A stretch of 64,000 nt of DNA from Magnetococcales bacterium (GCA_002753515.1 PEAK01000006.1:13682-77681); one strand, 5' to 3'; positions 44,001 through 59,000 are shown, counted from the first letter of the stretch. A program made the numbers and translations. Notes: generated by a model not told the origin, from the sequence alone.

Positions 44001-47000
44001 TGCCATCCCAAACGACATTGCCAGTTGTCACAGACATTACCGTATCCACCGATGAGGTCACTGATGTCACACCAGTTACCTTCACATCACCCGTCACCAC
44101 CGACACGTTGAAACCACCCGTTTCCGTGGTCACGTTGGTTATACCACCCAGGGTTACGTTACCCTGGTCAATCACCCATTCCGCATCACGATGTCCTGTC
44201 AACGTTGTCGTTCCGGTAAAGGAAAGATGACCTTCACCCATATCCAGACGGAAATCTTCCCCCGTTTTGATCGTGGACGTTCCATCCCACACCACATCAC
44301 CCGTCACCACCGACATTACCGTATCCAACGATGAAACCACCGTTGTCACACCAGTTGCCTTGACATCACCTGTCACCACCGACACGTTGAATGCACCCGT
44401 TTCCGTGGTCACGCTGGTTGTACCACCCAGGGTCACGTTACCCTGGTCAAGCGCCCAATCCACATCACGATGTCCTGTCAACGTTGTCGTTCCGGTAAAG
44501 GAAAGATGACCTTCACCCATATCCAGACGGAAATCTTCCCCTGTTTTGATCGTGGACGTTCCATCCCACATCACATCGCCCGTCGTCACCGACATCACCA
44601 TATCCAACGATGAATCCACCGTTGTCACACCTGTTGTCTGCACATCACCCGTCACCACCGACACGTTGAATGCACCCGTTTCCGTGGTCACGCTGGTTGT
44701 ACCACCCAGGGTCACGTTACCCTGGTCAAGCGCCCAATCCACATCACGATGTCCTGTCAACGTTGTCGTTCCGGTAAAGGAAAGATGACCTTCACCCATA
44801 TCCAGACGGAAATCTTCCCCTGTTTTGATCGTGGACGTTCCATCCCACATCACATCGCCCGTCGTCACCGACATTACCATATCCAACGATGAATCCACCG
44901 TTGTCACACCAGTTACCTTCACATCACCCGCCGCCACCGACACGTTGAATGCACCCGTTTCCGTGGTCACGTTGGTTGTACCACCCAGGGTCACGTTACC
45001 CTGGTCAATCGTCCAATCCACGTCCCGATGACCCGTCACGGTCGTCATCCCGTTCAAGGCAAGATTGCCTTCCTCCAGATTCAGACGAAAATCCTCCCCA
45101 GTACGGGCCATGGTCGTACCATCCCACAAAACATTGCCACTCGTCAGCTCCAACATTATATCCTGATTGGCAATCAGCGACGTCTTCCCGATGGTATATA
45201 TATCACCTTGAGTGATGGCCACGTTCAGGTTTCTGCCATCTGCGACCAGGTTGGTCGTACCCCTGGCGATCAAGCTCCCCTGATCAATCATAAAATCGGT
45301 ATCCCGACCCGCCCGAATGGAGGTCAAACCTGTAAACCCGAGATAACCTGTGCCCAAAGACAGATTAAAATCATTGGCTGCGGTAACGGTATTTGTCCCA
45401 TCCCAGGTCATAACACCGGTCGTCACATCAATGATCGCGTCCGCACCCGAGTAAAGCGTTGTTTCACCCAGTGTTTGCAGCAAACCCGTTGCAATCTTCA
45501 GATCAAGGTTACCTGTTTTTGCCGTCAGATTGGTTGTTCCGATCGCAGACAACGACCCTTGATCGATTGCAAGATCGATATCTTTCTGGGCAGAAACACT
45601 CGTGACGCCCGTAAAGGAAAGATCACCTGAACCTATGGAAAACATAAAATTTTCAGAGGAATTCACTTCGGTCGTGCCATCCCACACCACATCACCCGAT
45701 GAGACATTCACCACCATATCCAATGCCGAAGCAATCGCAGTCTCACCGGTGGTTTGTACGTCACCCGTGGTCACCGTCACGTTGAGATGACCCGTTTCGC
45801 TGCTGATATGGCTCGTTCCTCCCAAAATGACGTTACCCTGACCAATCGTCCAAGCACTGTCACAGTGAGCTGACAAGGTCGTCGTCCCGGTAAAGGAAAG
45901 ATCCCCGATACCCAATTGCAGAAGGAGATCTTCACCCGCGTGAACGTTCGTCGTACCATCCCACACCACATCACCTGATGTGACCCTTACCAACGTTTCC
46001 AACCCCGAAGTAATCGTGGTTTCTCCCGTTGTTTGTACGTCACCCGTGGTCACCATCACGTTGAGATGACCCGTTTCGCTGCTGATGTGGCTCGTTCCTC
46101 CCAAAATGACGTTACCCTGACCAATCGTCCAAACACTGTCACGATGAGCCGTCAAGGTCGTCGCACCGGTGAAGGAAAGATCCCCGATACCCAATTGCAG
46201 AAGGAGATCTTCACCCGCGTGAACGTTTGTCGTACCATCCCACACCACATCACCTGATGTGACCGTTACCGACGTTTCCAACCCCGAAGTAATCGTGGTT
46301 TTTCCCGTTGTTTGTACGTCACCCGCAGTCACCGTCACGTTGAGATGACCCGTTTCGCTGCTGATGTGGCTCGTTCCTCCCAAAATGACATTACCCTGAC
46401 CAATCGTCCAAACAGTGTCACGATGAGCCGTCAAGGTCGTCGCACCGGTGAAGGAAAGATCCCCGATACCCAATTGCAGTAGGAGATCTTCGCCCGCTTG
46501 CACGTTCGTCGTACCATCCCATACCACATCACCCGATGTGACATTTACTGCCGTTTCCAACCCCGAGGTTATCGTGGTTCCTCCCGTTGTTTGCACGTCA
46601 CCCGAAGTCACCGTCACGTTGAGATGACCCATTTCGCTGCTGATGTGGCTCGTACCACCCAAGGTGACGTTACCCTGACCAATCGTCCAAGCACTGTCAC
46701 GATGAGCCGTCAAGGTCGTCGCACCGGTGAAGGAAAGATTGCCCACACCCAGGTGCAATAGGAGATCTTCACCCGCTTGCACATTCGTCGTACCATCCCA
46801 TACCACATCACCCGATGTGACATTTACTGCCGTTTCCAACCCCGAAGTTATCGTGGTTTCTCCCGTTGTTTGCACGTCACCCGAAGTCACCGTCACATTG
46901 AGATGACCCGTTTCGCTGCTGATGTGGCTCGTTCCACCCAAGGTGACATTACCCTGACCAATCGTCCAAGCACTGTCACGATGAGCCGTCAAGGTCGTCG

Positions 47001-50000
47001 CACCGGTGAAGGAAAGATTACCCACACCCAGGTGCAATAGGAGATCTTCACCCGCTTGCACATTCGTCGTACCATCCCATACCACATCACCCGATGTAAC
47101 ATTTATTGCCGTTTCCAACCCCGAAGTTATCGTGGTTTCTCCCGTTGTTTGCACGTCACCCGAAGTCACCGTCACGTTGAGATGACCCGTTTCGCTGCTG
47201 ATGTGGCTCGTTCCACCCAAGGTGACATTACCCTGACCAATCGTCCAAGCACTGTCACGATGAGCCGTCAAGGTCGTTGCACCGGTGAAGGAAAGATTGC
47301 CCACACCCAGGTGCAGCAGGAGATCTTCACCTGCATCAACGTTTGTCGTACCATCCCACACCACATCACCCGATGTGACCGTCACCGCCGTATCCAACCC
47401 CGATGCAATCGCAGTCTCTCCGGTTGTTTGCACGTCACCCGTGGTCACCGTCACGTTGAGATGACCCGTTTCGCTGCTGATGTGGCTCATACCACCCAAG
47501 GTGACGTTACCCTGACCAATCGTCCAAGCACTGTCACGATGAGCCGTCAAGGTCGTCGCACCGGTGAAAGAAAGATTGCCCACACCCAGGTGCAGTAGGA
47601 GATCTTCACCTGCATCAACGCGCGTTGTACCATCCCACACCACATCACCCGTCGTCACAGCCACCACCGTATCCAACGCCGAAGCAATCGTAGTCACACC
47701 TGTTGTTTGCACGTTACCCGTCGTCACTGTCACGCTGAGGGTACCTTTTTCAGCCATAACGTCCGTGGTACCACTGGCGGTCAGATCGCCCGAGGTGATG
47801 GCAACGGCGACATCCCGCGCCGCCGTGACGATACTGGTTCCGGTCAGCCCCAGGTTACCCGTCGTTATCCCGAGGAGAAAATCACGGCCCGCATCGGCAG
47901 TGAAGGAGCCATCCAGGGTGATATCCCCGGTGATCAACTGCATCGTCATATCGTCAGCGGCGATAAACCGGCTCGCATCATGGGCATAAAGGTCACCCGT
48001 CGTGGTGACAAACGCCAGATCGTCCCCCGCCTGAAAGGTGAAGGTGTTGCTGAATGAAGCGTCACCGGAGACCATCCTGACCGTGGCATCGCGACCCGCT
48101 GTGAAGGTGGTCAGACCCGATACATCCAGATTGCCATCCACCAGGGTCACCAACAGGTCACGACCGGCATCCACCACACTTTTGTTGGTCAGGGTGGCAT
48201 CGCCATGGGTCAGATCCACATGGATATCCTGACCGGCGTTCAGCGTGGTGGCACTACTGGTTTGCAAGTTGCCGGAAGCAATCGCAACGTCAATATTTGC
48301 GCCGGCATTCAAGGTGCTGGCGTTGGCAAACACCAGATCACCCGCCGTATCCACGGTAATCGCAATCAACCCGGAGGTCGCAGTCAACAGGGAGGTACCA
48401 CTCCAGGAGGAACCACCTCCGGTCGTCATAAGAAGGTTTTGCGATGCGGTAAGCTTGCTGTCATCACTAAAGCTCGTGGCACCATCGTGAAGCATAACCG
48501 CAAGATCACCCGCTTTGGCAGTCATGCGGGTTTTGTTTTGCGCCGTCAGGTCACCCGAACCGGCAATGGTGACCGCAACATCGATACCTTCCAGAGTGGT
48601 AACACCTTGCCACGCCACATCGCCATTGCCAACTCTGATCGCCATGGTTCCGGTTTCGGCTTGCAATGTCGTCTGATCTTTGGCCGTCAGCGAACCGGTC
48701 TGGACATTCAAAGAAAGATCGGTCTTAGCGGTCAGCTTGCTGGTACCCGACAGGTCGATAGCACCCGCAGTCACTCCGATGGCCATCTGCCCACTACCGG
48801 CGGTAAAGGTCTGGCTGCCACTGGTCAGAAAGTCACCCGTATGAACAGTAAGCTCAACATCCCGTCCCGCCCCCAGGAGACCCATGCCAGCAAAATTCAT
48901 CCCCGACATCGCATGTACGACAACATCCTGCGCCGCCGTCAAGGTTCCCTTGCCGCTGCCCGACAGTTTGCCCTGCGCCACCTGAATATCCAGATCGTTT
49001 TGGCTGGCCAGTCGGGTCGTCCCGGTCAAAATGACATCGCCCCGGGTCACCTGGATATGGGTATCCCCCCCCGAGGTGATCACACTCTTGTCCAACACGC
49101 GCACATCACCGCCAGTTGTCAGAGTCAGAGTGCCCCCCAGCGCCGAGGTACCCAGAATGACATCGTCCCGATCCACCACTTGGGCGTTCGTGGCATACAG
49201 ATGCAACGCACCCAGATCATTGTCGGCATGATCAAGAATCACATCACCACCGGCGGTGAACGTTTGACTCTTGTCGTCCCCTGAAGCCAACAACACCCCG
49301 CCCGCAAGTTGCCCGATGCTGCCGCTGGTCGCGGTCATGACCACGTTACCACCCGCCTCCACAGCACCCAACATCACCCCATCCGCAACATTCACGGTCA
49401 GGTCACGGTCAACCAGCAGGCTGTTCAGGTTCAGACCGCCCTGTAGCGCCGTCAAACCGACATCCGCCCCCTTGGCAGTAGCCTTCAAGGTGTCGATCAC
49501 CGCTGTTTGGCCAGCGATGCCGCCTAAGCTTAAAAAGGCACCACCATCGACCGCCGTCACCGTGGTCACGGTTTGCGCCGCAATGTCCACCGCCCCCCCT
49601 TCAAAGCGAGTGCCGATGAACTGACCAGTGAGTTCCTGGATGACACCATTGGTCACGGTAATGTTGGGTGTCTCCACACTCGACCCATCGATCACGCCAC
49701 CCACATCGGATTTCACAACGACAGCGCCGCCGGTAACCAACAACCGACTCAAGGTCAAATCGCGATAGCTGTGCAACGTCGCAGCCCCGGAGGCGGTCAA
49801 AAGATCCCCATCCCGCATGGTCAGGGTGCCCAGATCCACCGCCACGTTCACCTGGTTGGCCGACTGACTGCCAGTCAAGGTCAGATTGCCCGCCGTCACC
49901 CGCAAATCAAGATCACCAATGATTTGCGCCTGTCCCATTGTCAGGGTACGGTTTGACTGGAGCCACGCCCCCTCGCTGCCGGCATTGAGAGACTCCAGGG

Positions 50001-53000
50001 TGGCCACCTCCAGATTGACATCCCCCCCGACCGTATTGCTTCCGACCCCGTGTGCCGCCGACAGACGTACCCCCGTACCTTCTCCCACGGCCAGGATATT
50101 GGCGAGTTCCGCCTCGGTGCCATCAAGGATGCTACCGCCAGAGGTAATCGTAACCAGCCCCGATTCCGTCGTCACCTGGGACAAAAGCACATCACCGCTA
50201 GCGGCTATGCGCACATCCCCCACACCATCCACATGACTCAGGTCCGTCATGACAAACCGGCCCTGTTGCACCGTCAACCCCAGGGATCCGGCAGATACAA
50301 CTTCTTCAACTTGCAGATCCCCCGTCAGCAAGGTCAGGTTGAAGGCATGGGTACCGGCATCGATGGCCCCCAGGCTGGCAACCGTCTCGGTACCGACGGC
50401 AAGCCAACTGTCGCCGGTGGTGGTGACCGCGTGAATCATCGCCGTATGGATATCCAGGGCTTCTGCCGCCGTGCCAATGGTTTTCGCATTGATCGTCAAC
50501 AAGCCGCTGGCGTCGATGTTCCACGAGGCCGTCGGTTCCAAGGTACTGCCATCCAACAATGCACCTCCGACCTTCAGACTGGTCATGGAACGCTCGCCGC
50601 CGGTAACGGCCAACTCGTTCAAGGTCGCATCCCCCGAAATCGTCAACGTCGCCCGGTCCACGGCCTGGATGCGGGCACTGTCACCCATGTCCAGAGCCCC
50701 TGAAGCGACGGAAAACTCAACAATGGCCGCGTCCACAGTCCCGGTCAGGTTCAGGTCCCCATTGCTGGAAACCAGTGAAGCCGTAGTCGCCGCTGCAACA
50801 TCCTGTACTGTGACGCTGTTGGCAAAGTTCAAGTACACACCACCCTGGCTGGCCGTGGCCGTGATCACTTGAGAAGTCGCCACTTCAATGTCGCCGGTAG
50901 TGTTGTCGGTACCGATGGCTGCAGCAGAAAGGCTGATGGTTTTCGTCGCATCCGCCGTCGTCAACAACGCCCGTTCCGCGCTGGAATTATCCAACAGCGA
51001 ACCACCCGCATTCAGGACGATACTCCCCCCCAAGCTGGTCATGGCGTTCACGGCCATATCCCCTGTGGTCGTAACGGCCAAATCCTTGTTCACCGTCAGG
51101 GTCGCCCCATTATTTTGCATCAAACCGCCACCCGTGACGGTCAATGCGATGGAATCGGCCTGGACGCGCCGGGTCAAGGTCAGGTCGCCGCCACTTTGAT
51201 CCAATACCCCGCGACCGTAGGTATCCAGGGTGTCCACCACAACGGCGCGCTCCGAAGCCAGGTTGAAGCCCAGGGCGTCCGCGCTGAAATCGGTTGCCAC
51301 CACCGAAGCAATCTGAGCCACGGAAAGATTGATATTTTCCGCGAGAGTACCGATGTGCGCCGCTTGCAGGGTCAATTTACCGGTGGTCAGGGAAATATTG
51401 GCGTCTTCACTGGCTGAAACATCCAGGATATCGCCACCCGCCGCAAGACTTACCGCCCCATCCCGACCGGCCAGACGGGCAAGTTGGATGCTACCTGCCA
51501 CCTGCAAAGAAGCGGTACCATCGACGGCAATCGAGGTGCCATCAGTTTGATTCAGATCACCCGAGACCACGTTCAAATTCAATGATCCAGAAGCGACCTC
51601 ATCGGCCAGATCCAAAGAGGCATTATTCACTGTCAGGTTGAGTGCCCCAACCACCGTCACCGGACCCAGATGGGTATCCTGTTGTGACAAGGATTGCAAA
51701 AACGCCGCTCCCAGGGTGGTTTGTACGCCGGCGATCCGTCCCACATCCACATCGATATCACCAACCCCCACCGAGCCGATGCTGCGACCGGACAAAAGGA
51801 GACTGCCCGCCGAGACAATGTTGGCATTCTCATCGGCGGAGCGGTCAACAATAGTGCCACCGGCGCTTTCCAGGGTAATGGTCTGAGTTGTGGCCTGGGT
51901 GGTATCACCCGCCAAGTGGGCGATGCCCAAACCGGCTTGACCCGCCAGATGCACGGTACCCTGGGAAAGCATGGTCGCAGTCGCCACCATATCCAGGGTC
52001 CCGCTCGCCGTCGTCATATCAATCGATTGTGCCGTAATAGCACCGTTAATCTTCAGGTTGGCCAACGTGGAAACCAGGGTCAGTCCCCCTCCCAGATTCC
52101 AACTGTTGTTCGCCGTCCCCAGGGCTACCGTCTTCGGCGTTCCATTGTCAGCCAACGGGGTGACAATCGCCAGATTGGCCGCACCACTCGTTGTGACGGT
52201 TTGAATGGTTGCCGCATCCAAGGTCAATGCCTGACCCGCACTCCCCAAGGTTCCACCCGTCAGGCTCAATGTCGCCGCCGTCACGTTGGTAGCCCCGGCA
52301 ACGCCCTGGATCGCACCAGCATTGAGGGTTGCCGTATGGCCCGCCACCACCTGGGTCAAGGTCAGTGAACCGGAAGAGCCGACATCCAGGTTGACACTGT
52401 CCGCAGCCAAACTGCCAATGATTGTTTCCTGTGCCCCGGTGCGCGTTAGCGAAACCGTACCCGGTGCCGCAATATCCAGCAATCGACCCGCCACAACGTC
52501 GATGGCCCCGGAAGCCGCCGGCGTGTTATCCACAGAGGCATTCCACAGCGTCAGGTTCAAGCCACCACTACCCGCCATCAAGGAAAGATCACCCGTTGTC
52601 ACAACATTGGCCTGTTGGGTGCCGAGTCCATCGCGGATCACCCCACCCGTGGAATGAACCGTGATCGAACCACTACCACTCAGCAATCGACCCAGGGTGA
52701 TGTCGCCAGCCGCCTCGACCAGAATGGCACCATCACCGTCAGCCGTGACACTGTGTCCCCCCATGTCGAGAAAAGCGCTGGAACTTAAATGAATATTGTG
52801 CCCCGTCACATCGCCGGTGACGGTGAAATCGCCCAATACTTCCAGTACGCCGCCGACCTGAGTGGCCCCGAGGAACAATTCACCCCCCGCCCCAACCTGG
52901 GCATTGCCGGTTGCCTGACCCGAGAAAGTCAAGCCATTGTGATCAACCAACACGGTATTGTTTGAATGCACCACCGTGACCGCGCCGATGAAATCGTTGG

Positions 53001-56000
53001 CACTGTTGTCCAAAACCAGTTCATGCGTCGTCCCGACATCCAGGCTGGTGCTGCCCGCCACCGTGATCGCAGCCGTTTGTGTCAGGTTACCCGCCGTCGT
53101 CAGCGCCAGGTTGCCCGACAACGTTACCCCAGTCAGGTTCAATGCCTCGCTGTTAACAATGGCGGCATGACGACCAACCAACAGGGTGGAAGCCAAGGCT
53201 GCGCTTCCGAGGGTGATGTCATGACCGCCCCCCGCCTGAAACGAGGTTGTGGTGCCGCCAGCATCCGCCGTCAATACCGCACCATTGACTTGGGAGATAT
53301 CGCCATTCGTGGTTTGGGTCGCCAAATCGCCGCCCACACCCAGGGTATGCAATACCATAGCCCCCTGGGATTGGAAATTGGCATTGCCCGTCACCGTCCC
53401 CGCCACATCCAGGGTATTGGTATCGTTCAAGGTCACATGGCGGGCACTCACCAGGGTCAGCAAACCACCGAAATCATCTGCCGCATCCAAAATGACGTCA
53501 TGGGTACTCCCCATGGTTAACAATGTCGTCCCAACCACCGTCACCACCCCACTGTCGGTCATACCCGCTGCGGTCACCGTCAGGTCGCGCCCCACCGTTG
53601 TTTGACCCAGATCCACGGCCCCGCTCGAAGTCAAAGTGAGATCACGGCTCGCCTGGCCCGAGATCGCCAAACCGGCAGCCACGGAAAGCGTCACATCCCG
53701 GGCACTCACCAGGGTCACCGCCCCGGACAACTGGTTACCGCTGGTATCGAGAACGATGTCGTTGGTACCCCCCGCAGTCAGCGACGTGGTTCCCTGGATC
53801 GTCAACAGGCCACTATCGACAATCCCCGCCGCGCTCACCGCCAGTTGACCACCAACCCGGGTGGCCCCTAGAGTGGTTTGACCCACAGCCGTCAACGTCA
53901 GGTCACGGGTCACCACGCCAGCGACGGCCAGTGTATTGATATCGTTCAAAACCACATCCCGGGCGCTCTGGACGGTGACGCCCGTACCCCAATCATCCAG
54001 ATTGTCGAAAATCACATCATGTCCGCTGGTCGTGGTCAGGGTCGTAGCCCCGGTCACATGCAATGCAGCGGCATCGGTGATATCACCACCCGCCGTCAGC
54101 CCCAAACTTCCACCCACGCTCGAGGCCCCCAACACCAAAGCCCCGGTTGTCACCAGGGTAGCACTGCCGGTTGTCGTCAGACTCACGCCACCCGTCAATG
54201 TATTGTTGTTGGTCAGCGTGAGAGACCCCGCACTCAGGTTACTCGTCCCCGTGACACGCAACAGCTTATCCGTGTTCTGCGTCAACGCCCCGGTTACACT
54301 CGTCGTCAGGTCGCCACTGACCGTTGTTTGATCCAATTCCAGGGAGCCCGCTGTCAAAGACATATTGCCGGTACTCGTCACCACCCCCAAGGTCATGGTG
54401 CCAGTGGCAGTCAGCGCCATGGTGCCACCACCAGCTGCCGTCCCGGTCACACTCAGAGCATTGGCATCCTTGAGGATTACATCGGTACCGTTCACTACGG
54501 TCACCAAGCCGACAAAATCATTGGCGGCATTGTTCAAGGTAATCGCGTTGGCCCCGGCATCCAGATGGGTTGCCCCGGTCACCGCTACCGCTGCCGCACC
54601 ACTCAAAGCCCCATTGGCCTGCACATCCAGATCGCCCGATAACGTAAACGCCGCCAAAATCAAGGAATTTATATCGCGCACCAGGGCATTGTGCCCCGTC
54701 AAGGCAACCGTCCCGACGAAATCGTTGCCCGTGGCATCCAGGGTGATGTCCTGGCCAGTGGCATTCACGGTTGTCGTCCCGCCGACCGCAAGCGCACCAC
54801 TGGTGGTCAAAGCCCCCCCGACTGTCACATCCAGATTGCCGCTAATGACCGACGCCCCCAGCTTCAGGGCATCACCATCCACCAAAGTCACCGAGTTGCC
54901 AGAAAGTACACTCACTGCCCCGACAAAATCGTTACCCACATGGTTCAGGGAGATGTTGTTGGCGGCACCCGCGGTCACGGTGGTCATCCCGGCGATCTGT
55001 AGCAATCCCGGATCGGTAATCGCCCCGTTGGCCGTCAGCGTCAGGTTGCCACTCAGGGTTGTCGTCCCCAAGGCCAGGGCGTTGATGTCCTGTACCACCA
55101 CATGACGGGCTGCCACCGACAACGTACCTTGAAAATCATGTCCCGACGCCAACATCACATCCTGCCCGGAAGCCACGATGTTCGTCGTACCCGCTACCAC
55201 CCAGGCCCCATCGTCAGACAATGTTCCGCTGTTGGTCGTTAGATTCAGGTTACGCGCAATGCTCGATGCCGCCACATGCAATGCCCCGGAAGCTGTTACG
55301 CTCACATCCCGGCTGGCGCTGAGCGCTACATCACCCATGAAACGGTTACCCGAATTGTTCAAGGTGATATCGCTGCTGCCCCCAACCGTGGTCAGCGTCG
55401 TCGCGCCCAAGACGGATAATCCCGTGGCAGCCGCTTGCGTCAACGCCCCACCGGTGGTCACCTGCAACGTACCACCGATGTCCATCTGACCCAGCACCAA
55501 AGCACCAGTATCGTTCAGTATGATGTCATTGCCCTGGGTGATGGTCACCGCTTGGCCAAAGTGATTGAGATTATCAAAAGTAATATCACTACCCGCCGCA
55601 AGCGTCGTCGTACCGCTCACAGTCAGTGCCCCGGTGTCACGCATCGTCATGCCGGATTTCAACGCCAGGCTCCCCGCCTGCGTAGCGCCCAGCGTCAGCG
55701 CCGAACCCGCCTGAAGTTGCATGAGGCCCGAGACCGCACCCGAGACCGTCAAGGTGTTGCGATCCTCCAGGATCAAACCGCCAACGTTGACCGCGGTTAC
55801 CGCAGCAGCAAAATCATTGTTGGCCGTGTCCAGAATGATCGAGTGACCAATCGCCGTCAGGCTGGTGGTACCGCTTACGGTCACGGTAGCGGTATCGTTT
55901 ACATCGTTGGTAGCGGTTAGAATCAGGTTACCCGAAACCGTCACGGTACCCAGGCTGGCACCATTGGAATTCATCGTCAGGGTGTTGCCCACCGTGGTGG

Positions 56001-59000
56001 TGCCCAATGTCAGCAAACCACCCGCCGTCAGCGAAAGATCCCGGCTCGGGGTGCCGCTGAACGACAAGGCATTGGCATCCACAAGGGTGATATCACGGGC
56101 ACTGGTCACCGTCACCATGCCGATAAAATCGTTGCTGCCGGTATCGAGAATAATATCCTGTGTTGCCCCGGTTGATAGACTGGTCGTGCCCTGCAAGGTC
56201 AAAACACCGGAATCGCTGATACCGCCACCAGCATTCAATATCGTGTTTCCAGCAACCGTCAAAGTTCCCAAAGACAAAGCACCCACAGCCGTACTATTGA
56301 AATCACCGCTGATGCTGCCCGCCACGGACAGGGCATGGCTATCGTTGAGGGTTACATTATTGGCGTTAACGATAGTTACCATCCCCTGAAAATCATGGGC
56401 CGCATCCAGAACGATGTCATGGGTACTGCCTACCGTCAGGCTGGTGGTACCGGCTACCGTCAATGCACCGCTGTCGGTCAGGTTGCCATTCGTTACCAGG
56501 GTCAAAGCGCCGGTGATGGTAGAGGTCGCCAGATTCAGGTCATCTTTGTCTCGCACGCTCACAGTGTTGCCCACGAGGCTCACCGTATTGAAATCATTGT
56601 TGGCATCGTTCAAGGTGATGTCGTAGGTAGAGCCCAACGCACTCCCCGCCGCAACCGTCACCTCCTTGCCCGACCCGGTAAAGCTCAGTGTCCCCGACTG
56701 GATAATGGCACCCGTCGTCGTGGCAATCGTCACGTTGCCGCCGGCGGTCAACGCCCCCAGCGCCATCGAAACCCCCGCACTAAGCCCCGTACCATCCGCA
56801 GTGAGTGTTAAATCGTTGTTTACACCAGCATTCGTCAGCGCAAGGCCACCACCATGACCATAGAGATCGGCCTGAGCTGCCGTCAGCGAGCTTACGGTCG
56901 CCGTTTGTCCGCTTGCGCGTTGCAATTCCACATACGCGGCACCACTGCCCGCATTCAAGCCGGTGACGGTCGCAGCGTTGATGGCGATGCGATCGCCATT
57001 CTGGCCGATTCCGTTTGCCGTAATGTTCAAAATACCACCAGCCGTCACATTGGCCGCCTGGAAACCGGCATTACTCTGCCGATCCCCATCAATCAGTTGC
57101 CCGCTCGCAGTAATCGTCACCGTCCCCGCCCCACCGTCAATCTGACCCAAACTCATGGTGCCGCTATTGGTAGTCGTCAGGGTGATGGCCGCAGTGGTGG
57201 TGATGTGGGAATCATCCCCCATCACCAAGCCACCACCACCGGCCGTCACCGCAATAGCTTGGTTGGAACGCGATTCCAAACCGCTGCCCGGTGCCATGGT
57301 CACCGACGTGGTGCCATTCAAGGTCACCGTCGTATCCGCCGAGACCGTCCCGGTCACCACAATGTTGGGGGCCGTCACATTGACCGCCGTAGCGGTATAG
57401 GGACCGATCAAATTCAGGGTGCTGCCGGCAGGCAGGGCGATTCCGGTAATATCGTTCAGGTAATAACCCGCCAGATCATAACGATCCCCATCCTGGATCA
57501 GGTCGGAGGTAGCAAAATTTTTCCAACCCACGCGAACGCGATTGGTCGGATCACTCAGCAAATAGTCGGAAAATTCCAAGCCGGTAGCACTATTCAAGGC
57601 GGTCTTGTAGGTGGAGGCCGCACTCACCGGCACATTGTTATGGGAGTTGGCTTCAAAATATTTGGCGGTGACATCGATACTCTTGGTGCGGTCAATAGTG
57701 CCGGTTTGCAAGGGATCAATGCCCGTCAGGAGATCAAGGGGCGAACCGGTCGTGACCTCTTTGACATCGCCTGCGGTTTTGATATAGACCGATCCTTGAC
57801 TCAAGGCATTGATCAGGTCGATGTTCACCCCACCCGCGCCCGACAGGAAATCCATGCGGTTGGTGGTCAAGTCCTGGGTAAACTTGACATTATCAAGCGT
57901 TAAAGTGTCACCCGTCGCCACCTTCATCAAGCCGCTCTTGAGGCTTGCGGTAAGGTGCAAATCCTGGGCATTGGCAAGTATCATGCTGTATGCGTTGGTC
58001 GCCCCGGTCAATCCCGAAGTCAGATTGGCACTGGCGACATCGGTGACCAGGTTGATGGTCGAGGCCCCATTGACCGTCAGGCTACTCGCCACCAAGCGAT
58101 TGTCATGATTGAAAATGGCACCGACACTGCCGGGGTTGGCCGTCAAATCAGGGGTATTGTCCGTGGTCGTCGTCCCACCGGAGAATGATACCGTTGTTCT
58201 GGCCGGAGCCGAAGGGGGCGACAACGACGCCACCTGAACCGTCACTTCCCGTTGCACTTCGGTGCGATTGCCCGCCTGATCGACTGCGGCTATCGTGATC
58301 ACCCGTCCATCACCAATCCCCAGCGCGGCAAACGCCGCACCGGTCATCTGATAGGTCCAGGTGGCACCCGTAACCGTGGCATTATCGGCAAAACCGGGAA
58401 GATTGATGCTGACCTCCGACCCGGTCTCCACCCAACCGCGCAAGGTTACGCCATTGGTTTTTTCCACCAGGTTGATGGTGTCATCACCACTCACGGCATT
58501 CAATGTCACCCCGGGACCGGCAGTGTCGATGGCAATCGTTTGCACTGTGGAATAACCGCTGACATTGCCCGCCGCATCCACCACACGTGCCACCAGGTCA
58601 TACTGGCCATCCGCCAAGGGTCGCGTCACGCCCAGGGACCATAATCCATCGTCCGCAGCGACTGTTGTACCCAACAATGTATATGTTCCACCCGAAACCA
58701 AAGACATCTCGACCCGGGCATTGGCGTCGGCACTCCCCGATAGCATCGGTTTTTGCTCATTGACAGCCACCGGGGTATTCCCCTGGGCCACACCACTGGA
58801 AATGACCGGAACCGTGGGGGCTGCCGTGGCGCGCTGGAAAGCGAACTGGTAGCCCGCCAGGCCACCATCGGTGATCAATCGGGTATTGCCATGAAGATCA
58901 CAAGCCGTAGCCGTTGCGCTGAACTGCCCCGATTCCAGGGCCGCCACCGTCAAGCTCCAGCGACCCGAGGTATCGGCAGTCGCCGTATGGAAGGTCGTCG

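Noticed and set aside
43700-47650. Regularly spaced repeats that could be mistaken for a CRISPR array.
   Set aside because: The period is 279 nt with no unique spacers. The whole unit is repeated and in-frame within a protein-coding ORF, there are no short palindromic direct repeats, and no cas genes are nearby.
48205-49284. Long plus-strand ORFs inside the giant gene, for example 48205-49284 (359 aa), 56854-57903 (349 aa), 53878-54642 and 60649-61461, plus dozens of shorter ones.
   Set aside because: They lie antisense to a continuous 22.9-kb ORF. Their translations are low-complexity and rich in R/P/G/T/H, with no recognisable motifs. Their periodic spacing simply mirrors the sense-strand repeats. 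The Thr/Gly/Val/Asp codon usage of the sense strand suppresses stop codons on the opposite strand.
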